Below the pieces are notes generated by a model. The model did no database searches. It had not been told where the DNA came from and worked only from the letters and a program-made list of their open reading frames with translations. A stretch of DNA of 64,000 nt, from positions 14,834 through 78,833 of the forward strand of contig MEOG01000073.1 in NCBI GenBank assembly GCA_001769125.1, given 5' to 3'. The DNA comes from Bacteroidetes bacterium GWF2_35_48. Its GTDB lineage: Bacteria; Bacteroidota; Bacteroidia; Bacteroidales; GWF2-35-48. Each line of letters begins with the position of its first letter. Within the stretch, counting starts at the first letter, position 1. A program made the translations under genes and the position numbers. Of the stretch, positions 1 to 8,459 are shown piece after piece.

Positions 1-210
1 AAAAGTCCTGTTGCCGGTGATGCAGATTGTATGGTATTTCCTAATATTGAATCAGGGAATGTATTTTTTAAGACCAATACAAAATTGTGTAATGCAGAGC
101 TTGGCGCTGTAGTGTTTGGAGCAAAAGTTCCCGCTGTTCTTACATCAAGAGGCGATAGTGAAAAAACGAAATTGTATTCTATAGCACTTGCTGCTATGAT
201 TGCTAAGTAA
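1..210 (+). CDS. ptb: phosphate butyryltransferase / phosphotransacetylase family, C-terminal 69 aa (5' end outside window)
   Basis: Frame 1 is open from base 1 to TAA at 208-210. The translation KSPVAGDADCMVFPNIESGNVFFKT...GAKVPAVLTSRGDSEKTKLYSIALAAMIAK resembles the conserved PTA/PTB C-terminus. It lies directly upstream of butyrate kinase. Confidence 0.8.
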   Translation, partial: KSPVAGDADCMVFPNIESGNVFFKTNTKLCNAELGAVVFGAKVPAVLTSRGDSEKTKLYSIALAAMIAK

Positions 211-266
211 TGGACAAGGTTTGGTGTTTTTCAACAACAGATCATTTTTTCATATAGTACAAAATT

Positions 267-1340
267 ATGTCCGAAAGTTTAATTCTTGCGATAAATCCGG
301 GTTCCACTTCAACGAAGATTGCTGTTTTTCAAGATTCAAGATCAGTCTTCATGAAGAATTTATCACATAAAACAGAGGAGCTCTCAAAATTTAAAAAAAT
401 ATCAGAACAGTTTCAATTCCGGAAAGATATTATAATTGAAGAAATTGATTCAGCAGGTATCAGTCTTGATGCAATAAAAATTGTTGTTGGAAGGGGAGGG
501 CTTGTCAGACCTATTGAGTCTGGAGTGTATTCAGTGAATGAAAAGTTGAAAAAAGATTTGCTGAACAGTCCTTTCGGCGAGCATGCAAGCAATCTTGGCG
601 GGCTTATAGCCGACGACATTGCACGGTCATTAACAGAGGCACGAGCTTTTATTGTTGATCCGGTCGTTGTTGATGAACTGGACGATATTGCACGTATTTC
701 GGGTCATCCGCTATTAGAAAGGGTTTCAATTTTTCATGCATTGAATCAGAAAGCTGTTGCAAAGGCTCATGCAAAATCAATAATGAAGAAATATGAAGAC
801 CTGAATCTTATAGTTGTTCATTTAGGCGGAGGTATTTCTGTTGGAGCTCACAGGAAAGGCAAAGTTGTTGATGTGAATCAGGCCTTGGATGGCGATGGAC
901 CCTTTTCTCCTGAACGAAGCGGAACGCTGCCTGTTGGGGCTTTGGCACGACTATGTTTTAGTGGAAAATACACCAAAGAGCAGGTTGGAGAAATGATAAA
1001 GGGCGAAGGAGGAATGGTTGCGTATCTCGGGACAAACAGCGCTTATGAGGTAGAACAAAAAATGCTTGCCGGCGATAAAAAGGCAGGGTTTATTTTTGAA
1101 GCATTGGCTTATCAGGTTGCAAAAGAAATCGGGGCAATGTCATCGGTTTTGAAATGCGAAGTGGATGCGATATTAATTACCGGAGGCATTGCTTACAGCA
1201 AGTGGTGTGTTAATCAGATTATTGAAAGGGTTTATAAAATAGCCCCGGTACATGTGTATCCCGGCGAGGACGAAATGCAGGCACTTGCTATGGCGGGCTT
1301 GGCTGTGCTGAACAGAGAGATTGAACCTAGGGAGTATTGA
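267..1340 (+). CDS. buk: butyrate kinase
   Basis: 357 aa. The N-terminal ILAINPGSTSTKIAVF motif (ASKHA acetate/butyrate kinase fold), the length and the ptb neighbour are typical of Buk. Confidence 0.93.
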   Translation: MSESLILAINPGSTSTKIAVFQDSRSVFMKNLSHKTEELSKFKKISEQFQFRKDIIIEEIDSAGISLDAIKIVVGRGGLVRPIESGVYSVNEKLKKDLLNSPFGEHASNLGGLIADDIARSLTEARAFIVDPVVVDELDDIARISGHPLLERVSIFHALNQKAVAKAHAKSIMKKYEDLNLIVVHLGGGISVGAHRKGKVVDVNQALDGDGPFSPERSGTLPVGALARLCFSGKYTKEQVGEMIKGEGGMVAYLGTNSAYEVEQKMLAGDKKAGFIFEALAYQVAKEIGAMSSVLKCEVDAILITGGIAYSKWCVNQIIERVYKIAPVHVYPGEDEMQALAMAGLAVLNREIEPREY

Positions 1341-1360
1341 GGTCGGTGTCTTCGACTCCG

Positions 1361-1534
1361 CTCAGACACCGCATGTTGCGCTTAGACACCGCATGTTGCG
1401 CTTAGACACCGCATGTTGCGCTCAGACACCGCATGTTGCGCTCAGACACCGCATGTTGCGCTCAGACACCGCATGTTGCGCTCAGACACCGCATGTTGCG
1501 CTCAGACATCGCATGTTGCGCTCAGACATCGCAT
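1361..1534. repeat. tandem array of a 20-bp unit (CTCAGACACCGCATGTTGCG), about 8.7 head-to-tail copies
   Basis: Read directly. Units start at 1361, 1381, 1401 and so on. Units 2-3 carry C>T (CTTAGA) and units 8-9 carry ACATC. There are no spacers. The array sits between the buk stop and the LRR gene start. Confidence 0.95.
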
Positions 1535-1594
1535 TATTTTTTTACAATTATTAATTTTTTTCTTATTTTTGTTAAAAACAAACACAATATTATT

Positions 1595-2605
1595 ATGGGA
1601 ACATTCAACAAATCTGCTGTAAATGATTTTATCAAATGGGCTTCTAAAAAAGGAGTTAATTTACCTAAAGAACCCGAAAAGGTTTATGAGTTGCCGAAAT
1701 TAAATCTTAAATTAAAAGAAATTGATAAGCTTCCTTCGGAAATAGGCAGTCTACACAATCTCACAGAGCTGGATTTAAGCATGAATAAATTATCAAAGCT
1801 GCCTAAAGAAATTGAGAATCTTACGAATTTGAAAGTTCTGAATTTATCAAGAAATTTATTTAAGATTTTTCCTGATGAACTTGCTTTTCTTCGTTCTTTA
1901 GAAGAGCTTGAAATGGAGAGCAATCAAATGGAATCGCTTTCTTCAAAAATAGGAAAATTAAAAAATCTGAAAAAACTGAATTTATATTACAATCAGTTAA
2001 AAACCTTGCCCGAAGAAATAGGAATGCTCGTACATCTTAAAGAATTAAATTTAAGTGCGAACAATCTTGAAAAAGTACCATCAGCAGTATGCAATCTTGT
2101 TGATTTGGAAAAGTTAAATTTATGGTCGAACAAACTAACGGAACTTCCTCCTGAAATGGCTTATCTTGAAAAGTTAGAAGAGCTCAACATTTGGTCGAAT
2201 AAAATTTCCGATATTCCTGACGCAATTAAAAAACTTCCTAAACTGAAAGACCTAGATATTGCTGTAAATCATTCAAAGCTGAATCAAAAGTTAATTGAAG
2301 CAGTTTTAAAAGATGATGTCAAATTGGTAAAAGAATTGATTGCACATGGTGCTGATGTAAATTATAAATGGATGGCTTACGGCGATACAGATTTTACTAC
2401 TGCTTTATTTGAAGCAAAAGGTGTTGACATGATAAAATTATTATTGTCTCATAACGCGGATGTTCATGCAAAGAGGGAGAAAAAAGGAAGTGCGAGTATT
2501 CTTGTTTGGGAAAGCGATAATGCAGGAACAGGAAAACACGAGACTTTCCTTACAATGAAGCACTCTTTGGAAGTTACCAAATATTTGAAAACATTAAAGT
2601 TTTAA
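1595..2605 (+). CDS. leucine-rich-repeat protein with C-terminal ankyrin repeats
   Basis: The ATG at 1595 (MGTFNK...) is the first start downstream of the repeat array. There are about 8 LxxLxLxxNxL repeats (LTELDLSMNKLSKLP, LKVLNLSRNLF...), followed by ANK-like LIAHGADVN / LLLSHNADVHAK. The longer ORF-track start at 1433 only translates the tandem repeat. Confidence 0.85.
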   Translation: MGTFNKSAVNDFIKWASKKGVNLPKEPEKVYELPKLNLKLKEIDKLPSEIGSLHNLTELDLSMNKLSKLPKEIENLTNLKVLNLSRNLFKIFPDELAFLRSLEELEMESNQMESLSSKIGKLKNLKKLNLYYNQLKTLPEEIGMLVHLKELNLSANNLEKVPSAVCNLVDLEKLNLWSNKLTELPPEMAYLEKLEELNIWSNKISDIPDAIKKLPKLKDLDIAVNHSKLNQKLIEAVLKDDVKLVKELIAHGADVNYKWMAYGDTDFTTALFEAKGVDMIKLLLSHNADVHAKREKKGSASILVWESDNAGTGKHETFLTMKHSLEVTKYLKTLKF

Positions 2606-2636
2606 TTTTATACCAAGCCCGGTCATTCATTGCTTC

Positions 2637-2730
2637 CCGTTCGCGCTCGTCTTTGTGTAAAGCATTGTGGGGAGGGGACGAGTGCGCTTGTTGTACCTAA
2701 TTTTATTTTCAAAAACAATAGCTCTATCCC
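2637..2730. repeat. copy A of a ~95-bp direct repeat flanking the TA cassette
   Basis: CCCGTTCGCGCTCGTC...TTGTGGGGAGGGGACGAGTGCGCTTGTTGTACCTAATTTTATTTTCAAAAACAATAGCTCTATCC aligns by eye at roughly 85-90% identity to 3588-3684. It contains an internal hairpin GCGCTCGTC/GACGAGTGCGC. Confidence 0.8.
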
Positions 2731-2775
2731 TTTAACGACGAGGGGGGCTTATTTGGTGTTGTGCTCCTGTGCTTA

Positions 2776-3117
2776 TTAAGCTAAATTCAAATTAATGTCT
2801 AAGATTTTTTTTAATTCTGGAAGTTTGGTCTGAATAATTTGCCATACAACTTTGTCATCAATTCCAAAATAATCATGGGCAATCATATTTCTAAAACCAT
2901 GTATTTTATACCAATCAATTTGAGAGTATTTGTCTTTAAATTCATCACTTAATTTTCCCGCTATTTCTCCAATAACAATGAAATTCATCAATACAGCATC
3001 ATATGGAATATAATTGCTGGCTAATTCTTCTATTGACGAATATTGATTTGAAATATCAAGAATTTTTTTAACAGATTCTAATATATTAAAACATAATAGA
3101 TCGTCTTTACTATACAT
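2776..3117 (-). CDS. hepT: HepT-type HEPN toxin (DUF86, nucleotidyltransferase-substrate-binding family)
   Basis: 113 aa with the RNMIAHDY motif (the Rx4HxY HEPN signature). It overlaps the upstream MNT gene by 8 nt. Confidence 0.85.
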   Translation of the reverse strand: MYSKDDLLCFNILESVKKILDISNQYSSIEELASNYIPYDAVLMNFIVIGEIAGKLSDEFKDKYSQIDWYKIHGFRNMIAHDYFGIDDKVVWQIIQTKLPELKKILDINLNLA

Positions 3118-3409
3118 ATATAGCGTCTTTTAAAATTATTTGTTTAAAAATCGGTTTTATTGCTCCTTCTCTGCATAAATCTATCTTAATTTTTAAATGA
3201 GAAATCAAATATTCACGCAATTCAAATTTTTTATCGTATAAATTTTGAGCATTTTCTTCAAATTCAACAATTATATCAATATCACTCTTCTCTGTCTGCT
3301 CGTCTCTTGCATAAGAACCAAATATACCTATTCTAATAACTTCAAATTTTGTCTTGAAAAATGATTTATTTTCTCTTAAAAAATTTAATATCTCTGATTT
3401 TGAAAACAT
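3110..3409 (-). CDS. mntA: MntA-type minimal nucleotidyltransferase antitoxin
   Basis: 99 aa. GIFGSYARDE...SDIDIIVEF matches the GSx10-DxD MNT-fold motif. It is upstream of, and overlaps, the HEPN partner. Confidence 0.85.
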   Translation of the reverse strand: MFSKSEILNFLRENKSFFKTKFEVIRIGIFGSYARDEQTEKSDIDIIVEFEENAQNLYDKKFELREYLISHLKIKIDLCREGAIKPIFKQIILKDAIYV

Positions 3410-3587
3410 GATTATTTCATTTAATTGTCTTATTTATTGCAAATTTACTCAATTTTCATCAATTTATAACAAATACTCATTGATTTTTTGGCATGGAGCT
3501 CATCTTGTGAATAGAGTTTGCTTGTGCTACAATGTCAAGATGTGGAAGACCTTGTATATTTATCAGGCAAGCCCTAATCCAAATCAC

Positions 3588-3684
3588 CCGTTCGCGCTCG
3601 TTTCAGGGTAATGCTTTGTGGGGAGGGGACGAGTGCGTTTGTTGGTACTAATTTTTTATTTTCAAAAACAATAGCTCTATTCCT
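3588..3684. repeat. copy B of the ~95-bp direct repeat flanking the TA cassette
   Basis: CCCGTTCGCGCTCGTT...TTGTGGGGAGGGGACGAGTGCGTTTGTTGGTACTAATTTTTTATTTTCAAAAACAATAGCTCTATTCC, in the same orientation as copy A. Confidence 0.8.
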
Positions 3685-3840
3685 GCACTTGACCACCTGC
3701 CTGCCTGTTTACTATAGGTAAATTTGCCTGCGCTGAGACGAGCGCAAACCTTGGGGCAACGAGCATTAACAATGGAATATAAAATTTGTGTAATGTTCAA
3801 AGTTATCACTTTAAATTGTAAGTGCAAAATGCGGGGATAA

Positions 3841-4413
3841 CTAATTAAACCTATATTCTATCCCAAAATAAATACTAGGTATTACATTCACAAATATTAA
3901 AAAAAATCCTGCAAACGAACCTATTCCAATACTACTATTTATAAATATTTTTTTGTTAAGTTTATAGTTCAATCCTATTGTACCAGTATTTTCTACAAGA
4001 ATTCTATTTCTTTTTGTAATACCCGGTGGACCTAATTGATGTTCATTATAACTATTTTTATATATTGCATAATTAAATTGTAGAAATCCAAAAAGTCGTT
4101 GAAAATTAGTATTGAAAAGATAACGATACCCCAAATTCAAACCCAATGAATTAGTATCATATTTATTTACTGGATCACCAACTGGAGGATTAATAAGAAT
4201 TTTTGTATATTCAGGACCAAGATAAATACAATGTTTTTTTAGAAATAAATTAAAAGTAATCGCTAAATGAGTTGTTTTATAGCTGTAATTGAATACTGCT
4301 TGAGTTCCACAAAAGACACTTTTCAATGAATCTTTTTTATCATTATTATTTATCTGACTAAAACCATTTTTTATAATTAAAACACAAATAATTATTCTCA
4401 AATAATTCAACAT
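3841..4413 (-). CDS. hypothetical secreted protein, possibly a small outer-membrane beta-barrel
   Basis: 190 aa. Signal-like N-terminus ending GFSQ, alternating aromatic/Gly strands, C-terminal YRFN. No motif recognised. Confidence 0.4.
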   Translation of the reverse strand: MLNYLRIIICVLIIKNGFSQINNNDKKDSLKSVFCGTQAVFNYSYKTTHLAITFNLFLKKHCIYLGPEYTKILINPPVGDPVNKYDTNSLGLNLGYRYLFNTNFQRLFGFLQFNYAIYKNSYNEHQLGPPGITKRNRILVENTGTIGLNYKLNKKIFINSSIGIGSFAGFFLIFVNVIPSIYFGIEYRFN

Positions 4414-4426
4414 GGGATTATATTTA

Positions 4427-5875
4427 TTAGTTCAAAATAATCTTTTCTGAAACTGTTTTATCGCCAAAAAAACCTTTTAATAAATATACTCCCTTTGAAA
4501 GATTTGAAATATCAATGTCTATTTTATTAAGTGTTTGAATTTCTTTTGAAAAAACCGTATTACCAGATGAATTATATAGTTCTAATTTTATCGTTCTATC
4601 AATTATTCCCTCGAATTCGATAGTGATTTTACCATTACTAGGATTTGGAAAGATTTTGGTATAAAATAATGGTTTACTTTTTTCTCTACTTGAACTCAAC
4701 AGGGTTGTATCTTTACTGTTTTTATTTGATTGCCCATTATTTTCTACTTGTACTGGTCCAACATAATTTGAATTACTTTTTGACAAGTTAGGACAGTCAA
4801 CAATTTTTGCTTCAAAATTACCTTGAATAACTGTGTTTGGTTCAATAGTTATACTTTCAGTTGCTATCAATTTTAAGGATTGGTCTTGATAAAGTGTCGT
4901 ATTTGAAACGTTTATATTTTTTCCAGTTTTTGCGGTCTCGTCTGTTATAGTTTGATTATAATTATTTATTGTAATATCATGGTCACAATCTAATCTTGTC
5001 CATACACGAATAAAATCAATTTCCATAGTAGTAGGGCAAGGGGTCGTATTATCTGCCGCAGGAGGAAAAGGGGCATTAGTACCTGCAATAGAAAAATTTG
5101 CGATTATATTTGCTTGATAGTTTAAATCACCAAGCCAAATAGCAAATTCGTAATTATTAATTGAAAAATAACAGGCATCATTGCCCCATTCTGCTCTTAT
5201 GGTATTAAAACTTTCAGTTAAATTACCAATTAATGGAACCCATCCGCCATAATCATCCACAATACCAAAAAAATTATAATAATCCTCACAACCACTTGGG
5301 CAATGAGTATCAACATGATATCTGTTTGGGGTTTCACCTTTATACTCTATAATATCTAATTCCTCATCGGGATTAGCACCATATAGCCAAAAAGCAGGAA
5401 AAAAACCTTTGCCGTCTGGCCATTTTGCACCTATTTCAAATAAACCATATTTATATTTTTGTTTCGAAAAAATCATGCCTGATGTATAATGCCAAGTTTG
5501 TAAATTTGGAGAGCCATCTTTTAATGTAGATGTAGCCGATGTGTCATACCATACACCTCTAGCGTATATATCTTCTCTTTTTGCAATTAACCTTAATGTC
5601 CCACTATTAACATCTGAATTGTATCCAAATTCAATATTATTGCCATCTGTCATATATTCTTGGTTTATAGAAGGACCATTATAATTTCTACCCCATGGAA
5701 AACAATTTTGCCATTTGTTTTCATCTAATGAATTTCCACTAAATTCATCCCCATCTGCATAAGCCCACTTAATAATTGTTCCATTTGTTAATAATTGCCA
5801 CATTGTTTCTGGTTGTGCAAATAACATATTTTTATGTAAACTCAATAATAAAATAGTTAACAAAATTGCTTTCAT
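4427..5875 (-). CDS. glycoside hydrolase family 16 (beta-glucanase-like) with T9SS C-terminal domain
   Basis: Signal peptide, GH16 catalytic ExDxxE read as EELDIIEY, FPAFWLYG, and a C-terminal IFPNPSNGKITIEF...GVYLLKG T9SS sorting domain. Confidence 0.85.
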   Translation of the reverse strand: MKAILLTILLLSLHKNMLFAQPETMWQLLTNGTIIKWAYADGDEFSGNSLDENKWQNCFPWGRNYNGPSINQEYMTDGNNIEFGYNSDVNSGTLRLIAKREDIYARGVWYDTSATSTLKDGSPNLQTWHYTSGMIFSKQKYKYGLFEIGAKWPDGKGFFPAFWLYGANPDEELDIIEYKGETPNRYHVDTHCPSGCEDYYNFFGIVDDYGGWVPLIGNLTESFNTIRAEWGNDACYFSINNYEFAIWLGDLNYQANIIANFSIAGTNAPFPPAADNTTPCPTTMEIDFIRVWTRLDCDHDITINNYNQTITDETAKTGKNINVSNTTLYQDQSLKLIATESITIEPNTVIQGNFEAKIVDCPNLSKSNSNYVGPVQVENNGQSNKNSKDTTLLSSSREKSKPLFYTKIFPNPSNGKITIEFEGIIDRTIKLELYNSSGNTVFSKEIQTLNKIDIDISNLSKGVYLLKGFFGDKTVSEKIILN

Positions 5876-5904
5876 AAAAATGAAATTTATTTTGGTATAT
5901 ATAA

Positions 5905-7596
5905 TTATTCAAGAATTATTTTTTTAGAAATTATTAGACTTCCAGAATTTATTTTTACCAAATAAATACCTTTTGCAAAACCAAGCATCTCAATTTTTGA
6001 AAGAAATCTACAATTTTTGGAAATTAATTTTTTACCGTAAATATTACAAACTTCAATAGTATAAGGCACATCCAAAAGAGTGGGATCTGGTTTAATAATG
6101 AAATAATTTGTTGTAGGATTAGGAAAAATAGAATATTCAGTGTTCAAACAACTGCTTTTAGACACCTCGTTTTCATTTGATTGCATAGAATGAGCATCCT
6201 TAAATTTATTGTCAGAAGTGTTTTGGTGTGATATTTTTAAATTATTAAGCCCAGGACAAATAGGACACGGAATAATTGTAGCGGTAAAATCGCTTCCGGC
6301 TTCTGCAGAAAAACCGTCTTGTAAAATAATTTCCTGATATGCTTGATAACTTGCAGTAACACCAGATAATATAGTAATGTCGTCACAATATTGATCGGCT
6401 GGAGATATTATTATTCTACCTACAGGATTATTATTTGTATTAGCTAAACAAATAAATCTGTCTACCGAACAATCAATACTTGCATTTGGATGTAAATTGA
6501 ATATTGCAGATTCATATTGATTAAAACTACTATTATCAGCATTAAGAGCACCCATTGCATAATATCCATTACAGTACCCCTTCCAGCCCCAGTTAATATG
6601 AAAATTATTATCGCTATAACCATCAATAACAAAGGTATGCCCGCCACCTGTTGTTTCTCCACCCGAATATATAAGTGGGTAACTGAAATCTAAATCATCT
6701 TTTAACATTTTAATCCATTTCTTCTTTAAATAATATATTCTCCATTTTAAATCAGCATCTGAGCTATATCCGAAATGATCAACAAAAGCGTTTCTAGCTT
6801 TCCAAGGATAAGAAGAAGAACTACAATCTGGGCCATCACAATAGCCCATTTCCGCTTTATCCCCACAATCTGCTATTAATTTTGCTATAGCATCTGCTTC
6901 TATAATATCAGAACAATCATTATCCGAGTAATAATATAATTCATTGGGCATATTACACCAATCGTAATCACTATATGTAGGATATGCAGGATGTTGCCAT
7001 TTACGCATGACCTGAGCCATTGCAACAGCAACACATCCGGCAGCGCAATGATTACAGTTACATCCACCAAAATAAAGGCAGGATTTATTGTATGCAATAC
7101 TATTATTGCTACCACAGTTGCCGCTATTATTTGTTGACTGGCCCCATAGGGATGTAACTAATGGGTTAATGCTATTTATGCTCTTTGTGAAATTTTTTGT
7201 TTCAATATCTGTCCATTCTAAAATAGTAGAATCGTTAGGTAAATTATTTTGTTTAATATATTCTATTTCTTTAGAATATTTCTCCATCCACCAGAGATAT
7301 GCAGGAGGTAAATCGCTTTCATCGTATATAGCATCAAGTGAATAGCCCAGAATAGGGACAGCTGCATTATCAGAAGATATATAAACATAACCGCCATCAC
7401 TAAAACAAATAATATAATAGCTTATGCTACCATTATAATACTTTACGTGTGTTGTATCAACCAATAAATTACTTTTACCAGATAAAAATTCAAAATAATT
7501 TAAAGCAATTTGCGTTGCATAACTTACAGATACCGGATTTGAAAATAGTATCAGTCCATATATCTGAAAAAATAATAGAAATATAATCTTTTTCAT
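5905..7596 (-). CDS. peptidase C10 (streptopain/SpeB-like cysteine protease) with T9SS C-terminal domain
   Basis: AAGCVAVAMAQVMRKW (catalytic Cys context), GGHTFVIDGY (His), HINWGWKG, and a C-terminal IFPNPTTNYFII...GIYLVKI sorting domain. Confidence 0.85.
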   Translation of the reverse strand: MKKIIFLLFFQIYGLILFSNPVSVSYATQIALNYFEFLSGKSNLLVDTTHVKYYNGSISYYIICFSDGGYVYISSDNAAVPILGYSLDAIYDESDLPPAYLWWMEKYSKEIEYIKQNNLPNDSTILEWTDIETKNFTKSINSINPLVTSLWGQSTNNSGNCGSNNSIAYNKSCLYFGGCNCNHCAAGCVAVAMAQVMRKWQHPAYPTYSDYDWCNMPNELYYYSDNDCSDIIEADAIAKLIADCGDKAEMGYCDGPDCSSSSYPWKARNAFVDHFGYSSDADLKWRIYYLKKKWIKMLKDDLDFSYPLIYSGGETTGGGHTFVIDGYSDNNFHINWGWKGYCNGYYAMGALNADNSSFNQYESAIFNLHPNASIDCSVDRFICLANTNNNPVGRIIISPADQYCDDITILSGVTASYQAYQEIILQDGFSAEAGSDFTATIIPCPICPGLNNLKISHQNTSDNKFKDAHSMQSNENEVSKSSCLNTEYSIFPNPTTNYFIIKPDPTLLDVPYTIEVCNIYGKKLISKNCRFLSKIEMLGFAKGIYLVKINSGSLIISKKIILE

Positions 7597-8183
7597 GGTT
7601 TTATATAAATTGGTTTCATTCGGATTTCAGTTATCTTTCCACCAACTTCAAAATATTTAAAAGTGAAATAATGTAATCTTACTGAATCAGGTGGTTCTGT
7701 AAATTTTATTTCTAAGAACCATGGAAAAACTTTTTTTCTTTTGATAAATTCAGTAAATGGCTCAAAAGTGTCAACTATATTTCCATTTTCTTCTGAATAC
7801 CTTACTTTAATAATATTATTCAATGAAGTATGAGCATTATAATTATTATTGAATTTTTCATCTGAAACTAATGCTAAACTATCAATATTACCAATTATTT
7901 TAAATTCTATGTTCATAGCATAACATTTATTTATAATGTCAAAACTTGCCGTTTCAATTTTTACTGTTTTTCCAATTGGGTGTATAGAAATTGAGAAAGA
8001 ATAAATTAAAACAGTATCAAATTCATTTATTATCATATTCCTTTTTGTCGTATCAGAAAATTGATAATTAAATCCAACTACCTCCTGGTAATTTATTTTT
8101 GTTTTTTCTTTACAATAAGAAAACAGTAAAATCAAAAAAAAATAGATACAACCAATTATTGCTAACTTTATAGTAAATTTCAT
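7593..8183 (-). CDS. hypothetical lipoprotein, translationally coupled to the C10 peptidase gene
   Basis: Preferred start is MKFTIKLAIIGCIYFFLILLFSYC (lipobox-like). Its TGA overlaps the ATG of the C10 gene (ATGA at 7593-7596). The ORF-track start at 8219 would run into the neighbouring gene remnant. Confidence 0.55.
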   Translation of the reverse strand: MKFTIKLAIIGCIYFFLILLFSYCKEKTKINYQEVVGFNYQFSDTTKRNMIINEFDTVLIYSFSISIHPIGKTVKIETASFDIINKCYAMNIEFKIIGNIDSLALVSDEKFNNNYNAHTSLNNIIKVRYSEENGNIVDTFEPFTEFIKRKKVFPWFLEIKFTEPPDSVRLHYFTFKYFEVGGKITEIRMKPIYIKP

Positions 8184-8193
8184 TGTGCTGAAA

Positions 8194-8459
8194 TTATTTA
8201 TTTGTACCCTTTTTAACAACCTCTAATTCTTTTTGTAATTGAATTAGGTATAAAGTAAGTTCTTCAATTTTCTGTAAAAGGATACCGTCCATTTTTTGCA
8301 AGTCTGTACCGTTATTTTCAATTTCTTTAGCAGAATATCCCTCTGCCTTGATGCAAAAGACAAACTAATGTAATCATTAGAACAAGGCCAAGGTATTGTA
8401 TTCTGTGAATATCCAATATAAAAATACAACACAAAAATCAGTATTAATATATTTCTCAT
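8194..8459 (-). pseudogene. decayed gene: signal-peptide ORF fused out of frame to a tail-fibre-like C-terminal remnant
   Basis: The 71-aa ORF (8244-8459) starts with a signal peptide. A different minus-strand frame over ~8194-8345 reads IKAEGYSAKEIENNGTDLQKMDGILLQKIEELTLYLIQLQKELEVVKKGTNK*. This parallels the C-terminus of the 9226-12942 protein (PSEKNILKNGLDLGEISKIQMQKIEELFLYIIEQQKQIDELK). Confidence 0.5.

Noticed and set aside
1361-1534. CRISPR array
   Set aside because: The units are contiguous with no unique spacers, the unit is only 20 bp, and no cas genes are nearby.
1321-1622. Three overlapping plus-strand ORFs (1321-1554, 1413-1622 and the 1433 start of the LRR ORF) encoding repetitive MLRSDTACCAQTPHVALRHR peptides
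   Set aside because: They are simply the three reading frames of the 20-bp tandem repeat. 20 is not a multiple of 3, so every frame is periodically open. The LRR protein has a clean ATG at 1595.
3354-3611. 85-aa plus-strand ORF overlapping the mntA start and repeat copy B
   Set aside because: It overlaps mntA antisense and then reads through the intergenic repeat. It shows no motif.
2606-3700. Integron gene cassette / attC interpretation of the repeats flanking the TA pair
   Set aside because: I could not find the RYYYAAC...GTTRRRY core sites in the repeats, there is no intI in the window, and the two copies are direct repeats of a longer unit rather than typical variable attC sites.
2606-3840. 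tRNA or other small structured RNA gene in the GC-rich segments around the TA cassette
   Set aside because: I could not draw a cloverleaf or find T-loop (GTTCGAATC-like) and anticodon-arm features by eye. This is unverified without tRNAscan/Infernal, so no RNA gene is called.
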